Assembly (NCBI GenBank): GCA_951406725.2 | Contig: OX597825.1 | Span: 86,304,001 to 86,368,000 of the forward strand | DNA from: Octopus vulgaris | Lineage: Eukaryota | DNA: 64,000 nt | Direction: 5' to 3' | Part shown: piece after piece, positions 12,513-24,474 of the stretch | Layout of the letters: every line of letters starts with the position of its first letter | Numbering within the stretch: position 1 is the stretch's first letter | Translations under genes and position numbers: made by a program | Notes under the pieces: model-generated | Seen by the model: the letters and a program-made list of their open reading frames with translations, nothing else | Told to the model about the DNA's origin: nothing | The model's database searches: none

Positions 12513-13172
12513 TTAACCTGTGTGAACACGTCTGTGAGAAGTTAAACCCCCAGTCTGAGTAAAAGATACACCACAGATATCACAATGGTAAGGTTTCTCC
12601 CCAGTATGAATACGTTTATGGACAAGCATACTACTTTTGTTTACAAATGTTTTGCCACAGATATCACAAGGGTAGGGCTTCTCACCTGTGTGAATTCGTT
12701 TGTGAACAAGCATACCACTTTTGTTTGAGAATGTCTTGCCACAGATGTCACAGGGGTAAGGTTTCTCACCTGTATGAATACGTTTGTGCTGGAGCATACC
12801 ACCTTTCTGTGAAAAGGATTTGCCACAAATATCACAAGGGAATGGTTTTTCACCTGTATGACTGCGTGTGTGTACAATCATACCACCTTTCTGGGAGAAT
12901 GTTTTGCCACAGATATCACAGTGGTATGGTTTCTCATCTACATGACTTTGTTTATGTAAAAGCATACCATTTTTGTTTGAGAAAGTCTTACCACAAACAT
13001 CACAGGAATAGCTCTGTGAATTTCGGTTTTTTAACTTACGTTCAGTGACATGATTGGATTTATCAACACAATTTAATTTTTTCTTTGTATTGATGCATCG
13101 TTCATCAGCGAGATCAATATTCTCAGAGAGTTTTTCACCTTTAACTCGACCCTCACACTGTTTATCTTCCAT
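12513..13172 (-). CDS. C2H2 zinc-finger protein, 219 aa, 6 tandem fingers, single coding exon
   Basis: Intact ORF with six CxxC-12-HxxxH fingers joined by (TG/VD)EKP linkers. About 54 aa of low-complexity N-terminus carry no recognisable effector domain. Confidence 0.93.
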   Translation of the reverse strand: MEDKQCEGRVKGEKLSENIDLADERCINTKKKLNCVDKSNHVTERKLKNRNSQSYSCDVCGKTFSNKNGMLLHKQSHVDEKPYHCDICGKTFSQKGGMIVHTRSHTGEKPFPCDICGKSFSQKGGMLQHKRIHTGEKPYPCDICGKTFSNKSGMLVHKRIHTGEKPYPCDICGKTFVNKSSMLVHKRIHTGEKPYHCDICGVSFTQTGGLTSHRRVHTG

Positions 13173-13471
13173 AATCCCTTTCTGACCAATATTTCAAATA
13201 CAGAACTCAAACACTACAAAATTAGAATTAATGTGTAATGTTAAATTTCTCCAGTTTTACCCACCACCACCACCACCACCCAGCCAATATATTTCCAATC
13301 AATTAAACAATTACTCTTAATTGTAAACCAAATATTTTCCAGTAATTGTTACAGAGTTACAGAAATATTGCCAAAATCATTCTTGATAATGTCCTTCTTT
13401 AGTTCTTAAAATTTCATATTTGTTGAAAGAATCTTGGAGCAGAAGTTCTTGACTCGATTTCACCAGAAAAC

Positions 13472-13500
13472 CTGGAAAAAAGAAAAGAAAAGAAAAAACA
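13472..13500 (-). promoter_or_regulatory. Likely splice acceptor for the ZNF coding exon (exon starts at 13471)
   Basis: The minus strand reads TTTTTTCTTTTCTTTTCTTTTTTCCAG|GTTTTC, a long polypyrimidine tract plus CAG about 300 nt upstream of the ATG. Confidence 0.65.
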
Positions 13501-14189
13501 ACAGTGAAAAGATAAGAGAGACAGAGATATCAACATGGAGGTTATTTAAGGGAAGGAACAATGAAAGCTGGTTTTATATCTGATTTAAAGCTCAATTCAA
13601 TCTGCTCCAATCATCTTCAGAAAGTGAATTATATTTTCCTGAAACTATTTATTATTATTGTTTATTTGCACTGACAAACCTCAAAATGCTTTGACTTAAG
13701 GCTATAAACAACCATATCTTTTCTTGTTTCACAGAGTTCTATGACAATAAAATATAGGAGAATTGTCTTCCACCAGTCATTTATGGACAAACTATAAGTT
13801 TTGAACCTCCATTATAATTTAATGTAAAAACAAAAAAATCTTTTTGTCGATATGTTTATCCTTTAAGTCTTTCAGGGGCCAGATAGACAGGCCAAACAAA
13901 AAAGGTATATAAATCTCTAAAAGGGCAAAACTTTATAACAAAAATTTGTTATTTTCATCAATTGACCTTTGGTACAAAATGGATTCAAATGAAAAAATAT
14001 TCCATTTGTGTTGCAGAAATTGTTGCCAGATGTAAAGGTAGCTTCTGACTGGCTGATAGATGAAGGGGTACGTTTTCTGAGCGACCGACCATGCAACGAA
14101 AAGAATTTTAAGTTTTGGTACGAATTATGTATCGTTGCTCATTAAAGTGATACAAATAAGTGGCACTTTATTTGCAGCACCCAGCTTGA

Positions 14190-14630
14190 AGGAGTTAAAA
14201 ATGGAGCTGGTCAGTAACAAGTACATTACAGTGGTTAGCTGACCTGGGTTGCATAATTTCCACAATATTTCAATAAATAATGAAACGATCAAACAAATAT
14301 ACAACTGGGCCATCTTTTGGGTAACTGGTACTCGATTGGTTATGATGAAGAGGGTTTCAGTTGATTCGATCAATGAAAAACCCTGCTTGTAAAATTAACT
14401 TGCATGTGGCTGAGCACTCCACAGACACATGTACCTTTAGCGCAGTTCAAAATATGACAGAGAAAGTGATAAAGTTGGCGCTTTCAAAGACATGTGCAAC
14501 TCATTATTGCCAGCTGAGTGAACTGGAGCAATGTGAAGTTAAGCGTCTTGCTCAAGGACACACCACACCACCAGGAATCAAACTCATAATCTTATAATCA
14601 TGACCCAAACCACTAAGCCATGTGTCTTCG
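14190..14630 (-). mobile_element. tRNA-derived SINE (distinct family) in the putative ZNF intron
   Basis: The minus-strand head GAAGACACATGGCTTAGTGG...GAGTTTGATTCCTGG is followed by GTGTCCTTGAGCAAGAC. Confidence 0.55.
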
Positions 14631-16355
14631 CTCTGCCACCCTACCTGTGCCATTAGATAGTGAAAATTTACCAGAAAAGGGAATGGAATTGGGGTAGAAA
14701 TTAAAAATGTAATCTTTTGGACAAAAAAAAATCCTTTTACAGAAGGAAACCACCACTCAATTTCTTGCTTTTTTCCTTCTTCGTGAGGCAGTGACAGCTT
14801 ATCTGAGAGTCTGGCATTCAAGAGTTTGGAGATGAGTGTAAAAGTTTACTCTCTTTTGAATCATAGAACCCCAAACTACATCATCTTATCATGTTACAGC
14901 TTCAGTAAAAGATATTTCTCAAGTTTAATGGCAATCTAAGGCAATGGTTCTCCACCATGTTTTATCTATGGACCCTGTTGATTATTATTTTACTCCCACT
15001 CTCCCACCACCAAGCCATTCATTGTTCAAAAACTGGTTTTATTGATATTTCTTTAAAAATTCCTCTTTTGCATTTTTGTACATTCACTTGTTTAAGTTTG
15101 TAAAAGCATTCTCTGAGAGAAGATCTTTCAGGGGCTGGAATACAGGGGCTCAACTATATAAAACAATCAAAGAAGGAAACCAGGCTGTTTCTTGCAATGA
15201 ATTCATCGAACATAACTTTTTTTTTGTTTTCATGAACCCTTAAACTACTACTGTGGGTTCCCAATTTACTATTTTGTATATGTAGACCCCTAGGGGTCAC
15301 ACAGATCCGGATTGTAAAACGACCAATCTCGGCAGGTGTAATGCTAAATTTACTGAAAATGATGACAATGCCAAGGGCTGGTGACAAGGAAATATTTGTC
15401 TTTGTGGAGGTCCTGCATCATTGAAGAATTGGATGAAGTCTGAAAGTGAATACTTGGCTCTTGTTTCAGCAGCTCAGTCCCGCCATCCCTTGCAATAATA
15501 CCGACACTTTGTGTGATGTTTAATTAAGGGAGTGCGCATGCATTTACTAATTTACTCCCTTCTCTCTCATTTATCAACTTCAATAAATTGTGAAGAACTG
15601 TGGTTCTTCTGAATTTTAATTCCGATATCATTTCCAAACGAAATAGATTCGAATCGTGTCTGAATGAAGCAACGATAGCAACGAATGGTTGGTCGGCGAT
15701 TCTATACCAAGACTAAAACAATGAAGAATAGAAACACGAAATCATTGCATTTTCTGTCGAAATAATATCACCTCAACAATTAATTTAGCCTCTACATACA
15801 AACATACATATATATACATTGTGTGTGTGTGCGTGTGTAGTAATGTTTTGAAAATACAAAATTAAGGCGATCCTTCGGTATAGGTACCGTAAGTGGCTTT
15901 GTTTACATTTCTGAAGATAACAGAAACCCTTTTCTCCCACTCCTAACCCTAACTCTAACTGATTAGATGTATAATTCCTTCATTATGTACAACTTTATAT
16001 TCCACACAGACGACCGATTCTCCAAAATCTTTACCAAAATTTTCTCATTAAATTTAATTCTCTCTTTCACTCCACCCAAACACGAGATACTCAACCAAAT
16101 AGGAATAAGACATCTGTTATGTTTACAACCATAAATACCCCAAAGAAGATGGAAGGACAAAATCTGGTCACCAGAATTAAGGGTACCTTAACACTATTAA
16201 CCCTAACCCAAACTTTTGACTAAACAATACAAAACAACGACAAAGATGTGAGAATATCGAGGTAAAAGCGGAGATGTTTGTCCGTCCATTTCCACAGACA
16301 TCAATCTAACATAATGTAAAGAGATGGATCCAACAGAAATAAAAGATGGAATGGT

Positions 16356-17400
16356 ACTTACATAAACAATGTGGAACCAATTCGAATAATATCAGAAGGG
16401 GAGGAGGGGGCGGTGCCCCACGGAAAGGGTCAGACCCGTCACAATTAAGGTCCATTAATTATCTCAATTAAGGCCCAATGCCATGTCTGTTGTTTCTATT
16501 CGACACAGTTCCAACATTGACCAAACTTTCTTTTGCTAAACAACAAGATTTACGCAGGAACAAGAAGGAAACGGGTTTTGGTAGACTTAGACACTGCAAT
16601 TAACGGGAATCTCCATCCATGACCATCTCTCTCAACCTTCCTTACATCAACGCATCTCAATATTAATTATCATCATCATTACAGCCATAAATAGACAGGC
16701 ATCTCTCCTTAATTAGGTTTTAATGAATCTAAAATTAATTGATTTCCTTAATTCAAAAACGTAAACAACGACGACCGTCTCCAGTCGAAACGGAACGAGA
16801 ACTCTTTTAACGGAAGCAGAAACCTTTAATTATTAACATAATATATTCAGCGTTAATTATTCATTTGGGGGACATAAAAAAAAAAATTAATTAATTAATT
16901 TTAAATAATCCAATCTGTTTTTTTTCCACCAGTTTCAGTCGTTTAACTGCGACGTTGCTCAATGGTTTCGTCGACCAAAAACGATTCCAGTGTTGTTTTT
17001 TATTAATATTTTGATTTTACTTGTTACGAAAGTAAACACTAAAAAAATATAGAGAAATAAAAATAAAACAAAGAAAATCGGCAAATAAATAATGAAAATA
17101 GAGGGGGGCGGGTTTACCTCCAATGTTTGACCCTAGCAGAAAAAAAAAATGAAAAAAAAAATAGTGTAATAGGTGTAAAACAACATGTAGGAAACGAATA
17201 TTAAAAAAAAAATGCGCACTGACGAACGGGAGGGGGGCAGGGGCCACGGAAAATTCCCATCGGGAACGTTCCGAGGCCTCTCACCACTTCCCCGTTCGTC
17301 GGCGCAATTGTTTTTCTTCATATTCGTTTACTACGCATTATTTTACACCTTGTAGACTATTTTTTTTTTCAATTTTTGTGACGGAGGGTGGGTGGGGTGC
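16356..17400 (-). promoter_or_regulatory. Putative 5' non-coding exon and promoter of the ZNF gene
   Basis: Consensus donor GTAAGT on the minus strand at 16361-16356. The upstream DNA is locally CpG-enriched and TE-poor, with an ETS-like CGGAAG near 16811. Confidence 0.4.
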
Positions 17401-17832
17401 GGATCCAGTAACCCGACTCGACACCCAGACACCAAAAACAAAAAAGAAAAGAGAAAGTGCAATAGGTATAAAATGATGGGTACTAAACGATTATGATGAA
17501 TAAAACAATGTGGGTTAGCGATCGGGGTAGGGTGGGGAGAGGACTTGGAAAATTCACACGATCGAACTTAGAGGATTCGAAAACTCAACGTTAGCACTCG
17601 ATCAGAAAAATTAAAAAACAAAATAGTGTAATAGGTGCAAAACAACATGTAGGAAACGAATAGGGAAAAAAAAGTGTTGGGTGGGGAGAGGACTTGGAAG
17701 ATTCCCTTGCCCAAGGTGCCATGCAGTGGAACTGAACCCAGAACCGTGTGGTTTGGAAGAATATCCATTTTCTTGAGGGAAAAAATTGGAATGTGTGAAT
17801 TGTCCATTTCTTAGGTATAAACGAGAAGTCCT

Positions 17833-17867
<35 letters not shown>

Positions 17868-18340
17868 CTAGCAGAGACACCTGGAGTTGTTCGGGATTAA
17901 AATGCCATAGTTTGTAAATAATATATTACAGTTATGTTGAAACAGGTGATACGGGAAAGCACAGCATTGACAACAAAACATACGTGGAGTAGATGAAGGG
18001 CTAATTCGACTATGCAACATGCTATGCGTCCGTTTGGAGTATTTCAGGCCCTAACATGTGAGGGCTATGTGATCTTTGAATGCACTGAGAAGCTGTCATT
18101 AGACATACTCTCTTTTGCAGCAGTTGGCGCTGTGTCTAACACGATCCATAATCTGAAATGTTGATGCTTCCTTTGGGTTTGTTGTCCTACGTCACTCATA
18201 AAATAAATTTGGAGGAACTGTGGTTGTTCATTTGTGGGTAACAAGGAACCAATGAGGTGATAGATTTGCCCTTGAACTTTGCCGTCATCATAAATTCATG
18301 TTTATCTATCTTCTTAGATGCAACAAACGATGTCATTTGC
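17868..18340 (-). mobile_element. Helitron remnant: Rep/helicase N-terminal fragment fused to the 3' terminus
   Basis: The minus strand translates to QMTSF...EFMMT/VQGQIYHLIGSLLPTNEQPQFLQIYFMSD. It ends in a CCCGAACAACTCCAGG hairpin-like sequence and CTAG|T at 17868. Confidence 0.75.
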
Positions 18341-19080
<740 letters not shown>

Positions 19081-19193
19081 CAAATGCATATGACACTTAA
19101 GTTAAGGCACCAGAATTTAGTACAGTATTATCCATACAATTTCAAAATAAGGTGATTAAATTTAAAATAAGCAACAAGGATATCCAGAGGTAA

Positions 19194-19279
19194 TGCAGTA
19201 CGATTGTTTCAAGCGACTCCATTCAATTGAACAACGCAATCATTACATCAATTTAAATGCAGAACAATCCTCAGCTGCA
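19194..19279 (-). ncRNA. Minimal type I hammerhead ribozyme motif with intact core
   Basis: The minus strand reads TGCAG-CTGAGGA-(57 nt stem II region)-GAAA-CAATCG-TA-CTGCA, and stem I TGCAG/CTGCA pairs perfectly. Confidence 0.6.
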
Positions 19280-19621
19280 CAAAGACATAGAATTTAATTA
19301 AATTAAAATAGATGGACACATTAGTATAATTTTACCTAAAATCTCCAAGAAGTTAAGGAGATAGACAAAGAACATGTTGTCTTCACTTCAGCTTAGAAGC
19401 TACTAAGGTATCAAGAAGAAAGACTTGTTACAGATTTTGCTTGTCACTGTTTTATGGGGTCAGTTTTAATTTATAGACTAGTTTTATCAAATCTTTGTAT
19501 ATCTAAGGCTGAAGTGAAGACAGCATGTTCTTTGTCTTATCTCCTTACCTTCTTGGAGATTTTAGGTAAAATTATACTAATGTGTCCATCTATTTCAATT
19601 TAATTAAATTCTATGTCTTTG

Positions 19622-19707
19622 TGCAGCTGAGAATTGCTCTGCTTTTAAATTGGTGTAATGATTGCATTGTTCAATTGAATGGAGTCGCTTGAAACGATCG
19701 TACTGCA
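19622..19707 (+). ncRNA. Minimal type I hammerhead motif with G8-to-A core change
   Basis: Reads TGCAG-CTGAGAA-...-GAAA-CGATCG-TA-CTGCA, with a palindromic stem III. Confidence 0.55.
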
Positions 19708-19738
19708 TTACCTCTGGATATCCTTGTTGCTTATTTTG

Positions 19739-19769
<31 letters not shown>

Positions 19770-20263
19770 TGTATGTATGTATGTATGTATACACATAAAT
19801 AAATGGCTTTAAACTGAATCCAAGAGTGAAGCCCTTGTTTTGGGAATTGCAGGGTTTTAAGGAGTGTGAATGCACCTCTTTGCTATTCTTATTCCCAGGT
19901 CTGCTGTTTCCTGGTGTAGAAGCATCTGTCAGGGTCCCAGCTATATATTAATAAGCATATCATGGAATAGACTCTGGAAGATGGTTACTTAGAGACACCC
20001 CAATGGACACAGGATAGATGAGGCCGTCTCAGCCCTTTAGTTGCCCCCCATCTAAGAGAAAGCAACTCCATACAAATCTTGCCTCCTGGTAACTACTGGT
20101 TCCATGTCATTTGTTGCCCCAGACAAATACAATTTGAAGAATGAGCAAGTGGCACTGGCTCTGCACAAACCAGTCTCACCAGAGAAAGATTTATTCTGTA
20201 ATTTGTTCAGCTGTGTCTTACTCAACTCTCATTCCTTCATCAAAGTGAGGAGAGAGTCTAATA

Positions 20264-20480
20264 CAAGGGAATACTGAAAAGTTCCTGGCTTTAAGGGTAT
20301 AGCAAATGGCCTAGTTAGGGGACCTAACCTTCCAAGTTCTTTTACAGGGCTTAGAAAAACTGAAGGATCACTGCAAAAGTGTGTGAATCTGAGAGGGAAA
20401 CATGTTGAATAAAATCATAACTGACTGATCCTCTTGTGTATTCTTCTACCGAAAGCCAGGAACTTTCCAGTACCCCTTTA
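20264..20480 (+). mobile_element. mariner-derived MITE
   Basis: TIRs (ACTGAAAAGTTCCTGGCTTT and AAAGCCAGGAACTTTCCAGTA) flanked by TA. It retains the transposase C-terminal remnant KCVNLRGKHVE*. Confidence 0.7.
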
Positions 20481-21067
20481 TATGTGTGTGTGTGTATGTG
20501 CACATATACTTATATATATGAATACAAACACAGACACATGGTGCTGGTGCCTCATACAAAGCACCCAATACACTCTTTAAAATGGTTGGCATTAAGAAGG
20601 GCATCCAACAATACAAACCATGTCAAAGCAGACAGTAAAACTCGGTGCAGTCCTCTGGCCCGTAGGCTCCTGTTAAACCGTCCAACCCATGCTATCATGG
20701 TGAAAGGATGTAAAAAATAGGATGATTATATAAATCCGTTTTGATGTGATTTTCAAAATCCTACAGCAAAGTGAAATGTTTAATTGATGAATTAAGGGAC
20801 ATAACTGACTGATGACAAATAATAAATCAGATTAGTTTCCCTTGTATTGTAGCAATATCTCGGCAACGCGAAGGGCAAATATGCGGGGCTGTCACATGTT
20901 TAGTGGAAGGGAGAGGCAGAGAGATAGAGATAGAGAGAGAGAGAGAGACAGAGACAGAGAGAGAGAAGATTGGTGAGAGGTGAGAGATTAGATGTTTCAA
21001 GGGAGGGGTACAGGGAACATTTTTAGCAGAAGGGATGTGATGTATTCGAAAGAAGTTGAGAGAGATC

Positions 21068-21100
21068 TGTCTGTCTGTCCGTCTGTCCGTCTGTCCGTCC

Positions 21101-21138
<38 letters not shown>

Positions 21139-21178
21139 CCGTCTGTCCGTCTGTCCGTCCGTCCGTCCGTCTGTCTGT
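21068..21178. repeat. (GTCT)/(GTCC) tetranucleotide repeat
   Basis: Read directly. Confidence 0.9.
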
Positions 21179-21371
21179 GTAAAATATTTCATTCATAATC
21201 GTTTGTCCGACCGAATATATTTCATACAAAATAAGTATTTTATTCACTCTCAAATTTCAGACTTATGTCTGGGTAATTTGAGTGGTTGGACGTAGCTTCT
21301 CTTCATTTTGTCATTGAATATGATCAATCTAGCTAGCTACGTCGATGTCTGTATGTATGGATGGATGAATG

Positions 21372-21595
<224 letters not shown>

Positions 21596-23629
21596 TGTTT
21601 CTTTATTAGCCACACAGGGTTGCACACAGACGGGACAGATTACAAAGAAGAGCTTTTCTTTTTTTTGGGGAAAAAAAAGGTGGGGTAGGTTTTCGATCAA
21701 AAGGGAAAGAAGAAAAAAAAAGGAAAAGTAACAAAAGAAAAGAAAAAAGAGAAAACGATCAATAGGAATCGTGTATCACAGTGTTATTATGTATGGTGTA
21801 GAGGGGAAAGCAAGTAAGGTTTATCCGTGGGAAGAAAAGCCTACGAAAAAGACCACGGTAACCTTGGTCAATATTGTTATATGTTACCACATTTGTTTGC
21901 AAGTGGGTAACCCTCTGCTTTAAATTTCCGGGTCCATTGGATTATGCTCATGGTGGCTTCGTCAGTCATACGTGCCATCCTTGCTACATTCACCCATCTT
22001 TTTTAAAACATTCGCTAGAAAAAACTTGCCTCTCTACTCTCACTTTCCTTTTCAAGTGATACTTGAAGAAGTTGATGAGAGATTGACCAGGGAGGAAAGT
22101 GTTTGTCTCCAATCCTTTCAGACGCGTCCACCAGATACATTCTTTCGCCATAGCCACAAGGATTATGAAAATAGCTCTTTCTTCCCGTTTGAAGGAAGGA
22201 GGCATGACAATATTGACGATAGACTCAGCTGATAAACCGACTCGTCCTACACGTGACAGCAGTTGTTCGACATAAGCCCACAGGTCGGAAATTGTTGGAC
22301 ACTGCACAAGTGCGTGCAGAACGGTTTCGTCGCTCTGCCCGCATCTCGGGCAGGTCGGCCCCGTGTTTCTCGAGCCGTGTCTGTAGAGCTTATCCCAAAC
22401 GGGTAGCGCTTCTCGGTAGCTCTGCCAGGCCAGTGATCTCTGGAAGTTGTCCATGGGCCCTGGCCCGAAAGTCGTTTCAAACAGGCGGGTCAGGTATTCC
22501 TCGTCGACGCCCAGGTTCGCCCCGAGCTCGTCGTCGTACCTCCCCTCCACTAATCCCCTATAGAATGCTTAGGTTGTGTTGGAGTCACTCAATGTCGACC
22601 CGGGACGGCATAGTTGCATGAGAGCAACGCGACACTTGTGGTGCCATTCGCCCTTCCTCGGCCTCTTTTTGATCCACGACTGCAGTTCGGTCATGGAGAC
22701 GAGTTGCGGGAAAGCGTGCCTCACAAACGGCGACCACACCTGTTCACCGTCGTCTACGTAGAGCCTGAGATGTCGCAGTCTCAGCGCGTGTCTGCGCATC
22801 ATCAATCACGGCATGCCCAGCTCTCCTTTTAACGGGTGTTGACAGCAAATGGATCGCCTGACCATCGGGACGCATCCTTTCCATAAGAAGCGAAAGAGAA
22901 TGCGTTCTAGTTTAGTGATGGTAGGGTCGGGACAAGGCACGACGGTCAGGCGGTAGTAGATTACGGACGCGATGTACGTGTTCGCCACCTCCGCCCGACC
23001 TTTTAGGGACAGTTTCCTCTCGGCCCATTGCTTGGTGAGAGTGACCACCCTACTCGTTATCTCGTTCCAGTTCTTCTCCATTTGGAGGTCCGGACCAAAC
23101 CAGACCCCGAGCAACTCAACCGGACCATCGGTCCAGCGGCCCACGACGGAGGCGCTGGTGGACGGCATGAGCTTGCTTCTCCAGGTGCCTAGTCGCAAGC
23201 CCACTGATTTTTCCCGGTTGATTTTTGCTCCTGTCACCGCTTCGTAGTTTTTCAGTGTCTCGTCGACCTACTCCATGTGCTCGTGGCTAGACACTATGAC
23301 GGTGTCGTCGTCCGCGTATGCAGACACGCTCGTCCCGCATCCCAATTCTCGCGGGATACCCCTCAGAGTCGCCAGCTTCCGCAGTAGTGGCTCGAGAGTC
23401 AATACGTACAGAAGCGATGAGAGGGGGCATCCCTGACGGACCGAACGTGCGATGTCGAAAGGTCTCGATAGCTGTCCATTTACGCGAATTACCGAGCGGA
23501 TGCCTCTGTACAAAGCGACTATCCAGCCGCGGAAGACGGGACCGAAACCAGCCGCTCTGAGGACAGCCTCCAAGTATCGATGGCCCACCCTATCGAAAGC
23601 TTTCGATTAATCCAAATTGATCAGCGCCC

Positions 23630-23630
<1 letters not shown>
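21596..23630 (-). mobile_element. Tx1-clade (L1 superfamily) LINE, 5'-truncated within RT, pseudogenised ORF2
   Basis: Motifs: LINLD*SKAFDRV, SVRQGCPLS, AYADD, INREKS, LSLKGRAEVAN, and the CCHC knuckle CPRC..ETVLHALVQC. AATAAA lies just before the tail, the element is GC-rich relative to the host, and it has four in-frame stops. Confidence 0.92.

Positions 23631-23700
<70 letters not shown>
23631..23700. repeat. (GATA)n array at the 5' junction of the Tx1 element
   Basis: Read directly. Confidence 0.97.
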
Positions 23701-23751
23701 CATGAAAATAAAAGATATTCTTCGTTGACAAATAATTTGGATTGATCCTTA

Positions 23752-24123
23752 TCTCTCTCTATTAATAAAGCTGAAGTTGTCTGTGTGTGGCAGGTTTGAT
23801 AGCCTTCAACTAACACTATCTCCTCCAAGACCCTGCGGCGCAAGTTGACCAAGATTAAGAGTATGATAGAAGAAGGCTTGCTCTTCCTTCCGTAGAAGAT
23901 AAAATTCAAATTAACACCAAAAATTATTTACATCAAAAAGGCGCTTTTTTTCTATGAAAATCCCTATTTTTTACGATTTTTTTAGTGCTGTGTCGCCATT
24001 TTTCTGTGTATTTCAACCAGAAAAATGTTCACTTAAAGAGAATAACAAGCTAGATAATGCAAAATACTTTTACTTTTCATAAATTCCAATTCTAAAGGGT
24101 CGAAACAAACCCGAGCAATATGG
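23752..24123 (+). mobile_element. Probable non-autonomous Helitron-like element
   Basis: Starts TC...TATTAATAAAGCTGAAGTTGTCTGTGTG and ends near ACCCGAGCAA, resembling the Helitron subterminal hairpin at 17868-17897. No terminal CTAG remains. Confidence 0.4.
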
Positions 24124-24322
24124 TGGTGGTAGTGGTGGTGGTAGTGGTGGCGGTAGTGGTGGTGGTGGCGGTGGTGGCGTTGGCGGTAGTGGTGGTGGTG
24201 GTGGCGGCGGCGGTAGTGGTGGTGGCGGTAGTGGTGGTGGCGGAGGCGGTAGTGGTGGTGGTGGTGGTGGTGGTGGTGGTGTCAGGAATGATATACGTTA
24301 AAGGAGGAGGAGGAGGAGGTGG
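24121..24322. repeat. (GGT/GGC)n and (GGA)n G-rich trinucleotide tract
   Basis: Read directly. Confidence 0.95.
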
Positions 24323-24429
24323 TTGGACAGGGAACGTGTTGTTGCTTAGCGTTTCTTTTTCTCTCTCTTTGTGTCTCCCCCTCACTCGACGCATGCGCAC
24401 TGGAGCCATAAATGATCGTCTGCTAAAAC

Positions 24430-24474
24430 ATGGACGACAACAGACGAAGAGAAATGGAAAGAAGACGATTTCGG
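24430..24474 (+). CDS. Candidate first coding exon (MDDNRRREMERRRFR) of an unidentified plus-strand gene
   Basis: AAAACATGG start context, 15 open codons and a GG|GTAAGC donor. An NRF1-like ACGCATGCGCA lies about 35 nt upstream in a CpG-rich patch. Confidence 0.4.

Larger units (their letters stand above)
19164..19737. mobile_element. Fold-back element of about 234-bp inverted arms, probably head-to-head Penelope pLTRs
   Basis: 19164-19397 is the reverse complement of 19502-19737 with few mismatches. Each arm carries a hammerhead motif. Confidence 0.75.

Noticed and set aside
12641-13048. Overlapping ORFs 12647-13048 (+) and 12641-12877 (-)
   Set aside because: Shadow frames produced by the periodic zinc-finger sequence.
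15942-16212. CCTAACCCTAACTCTAAC and TAACCCTAACCC as telomeric repeats
   Set aside because: Only 2-3 degenerate units, too short to indicate a telomere or fusion site.
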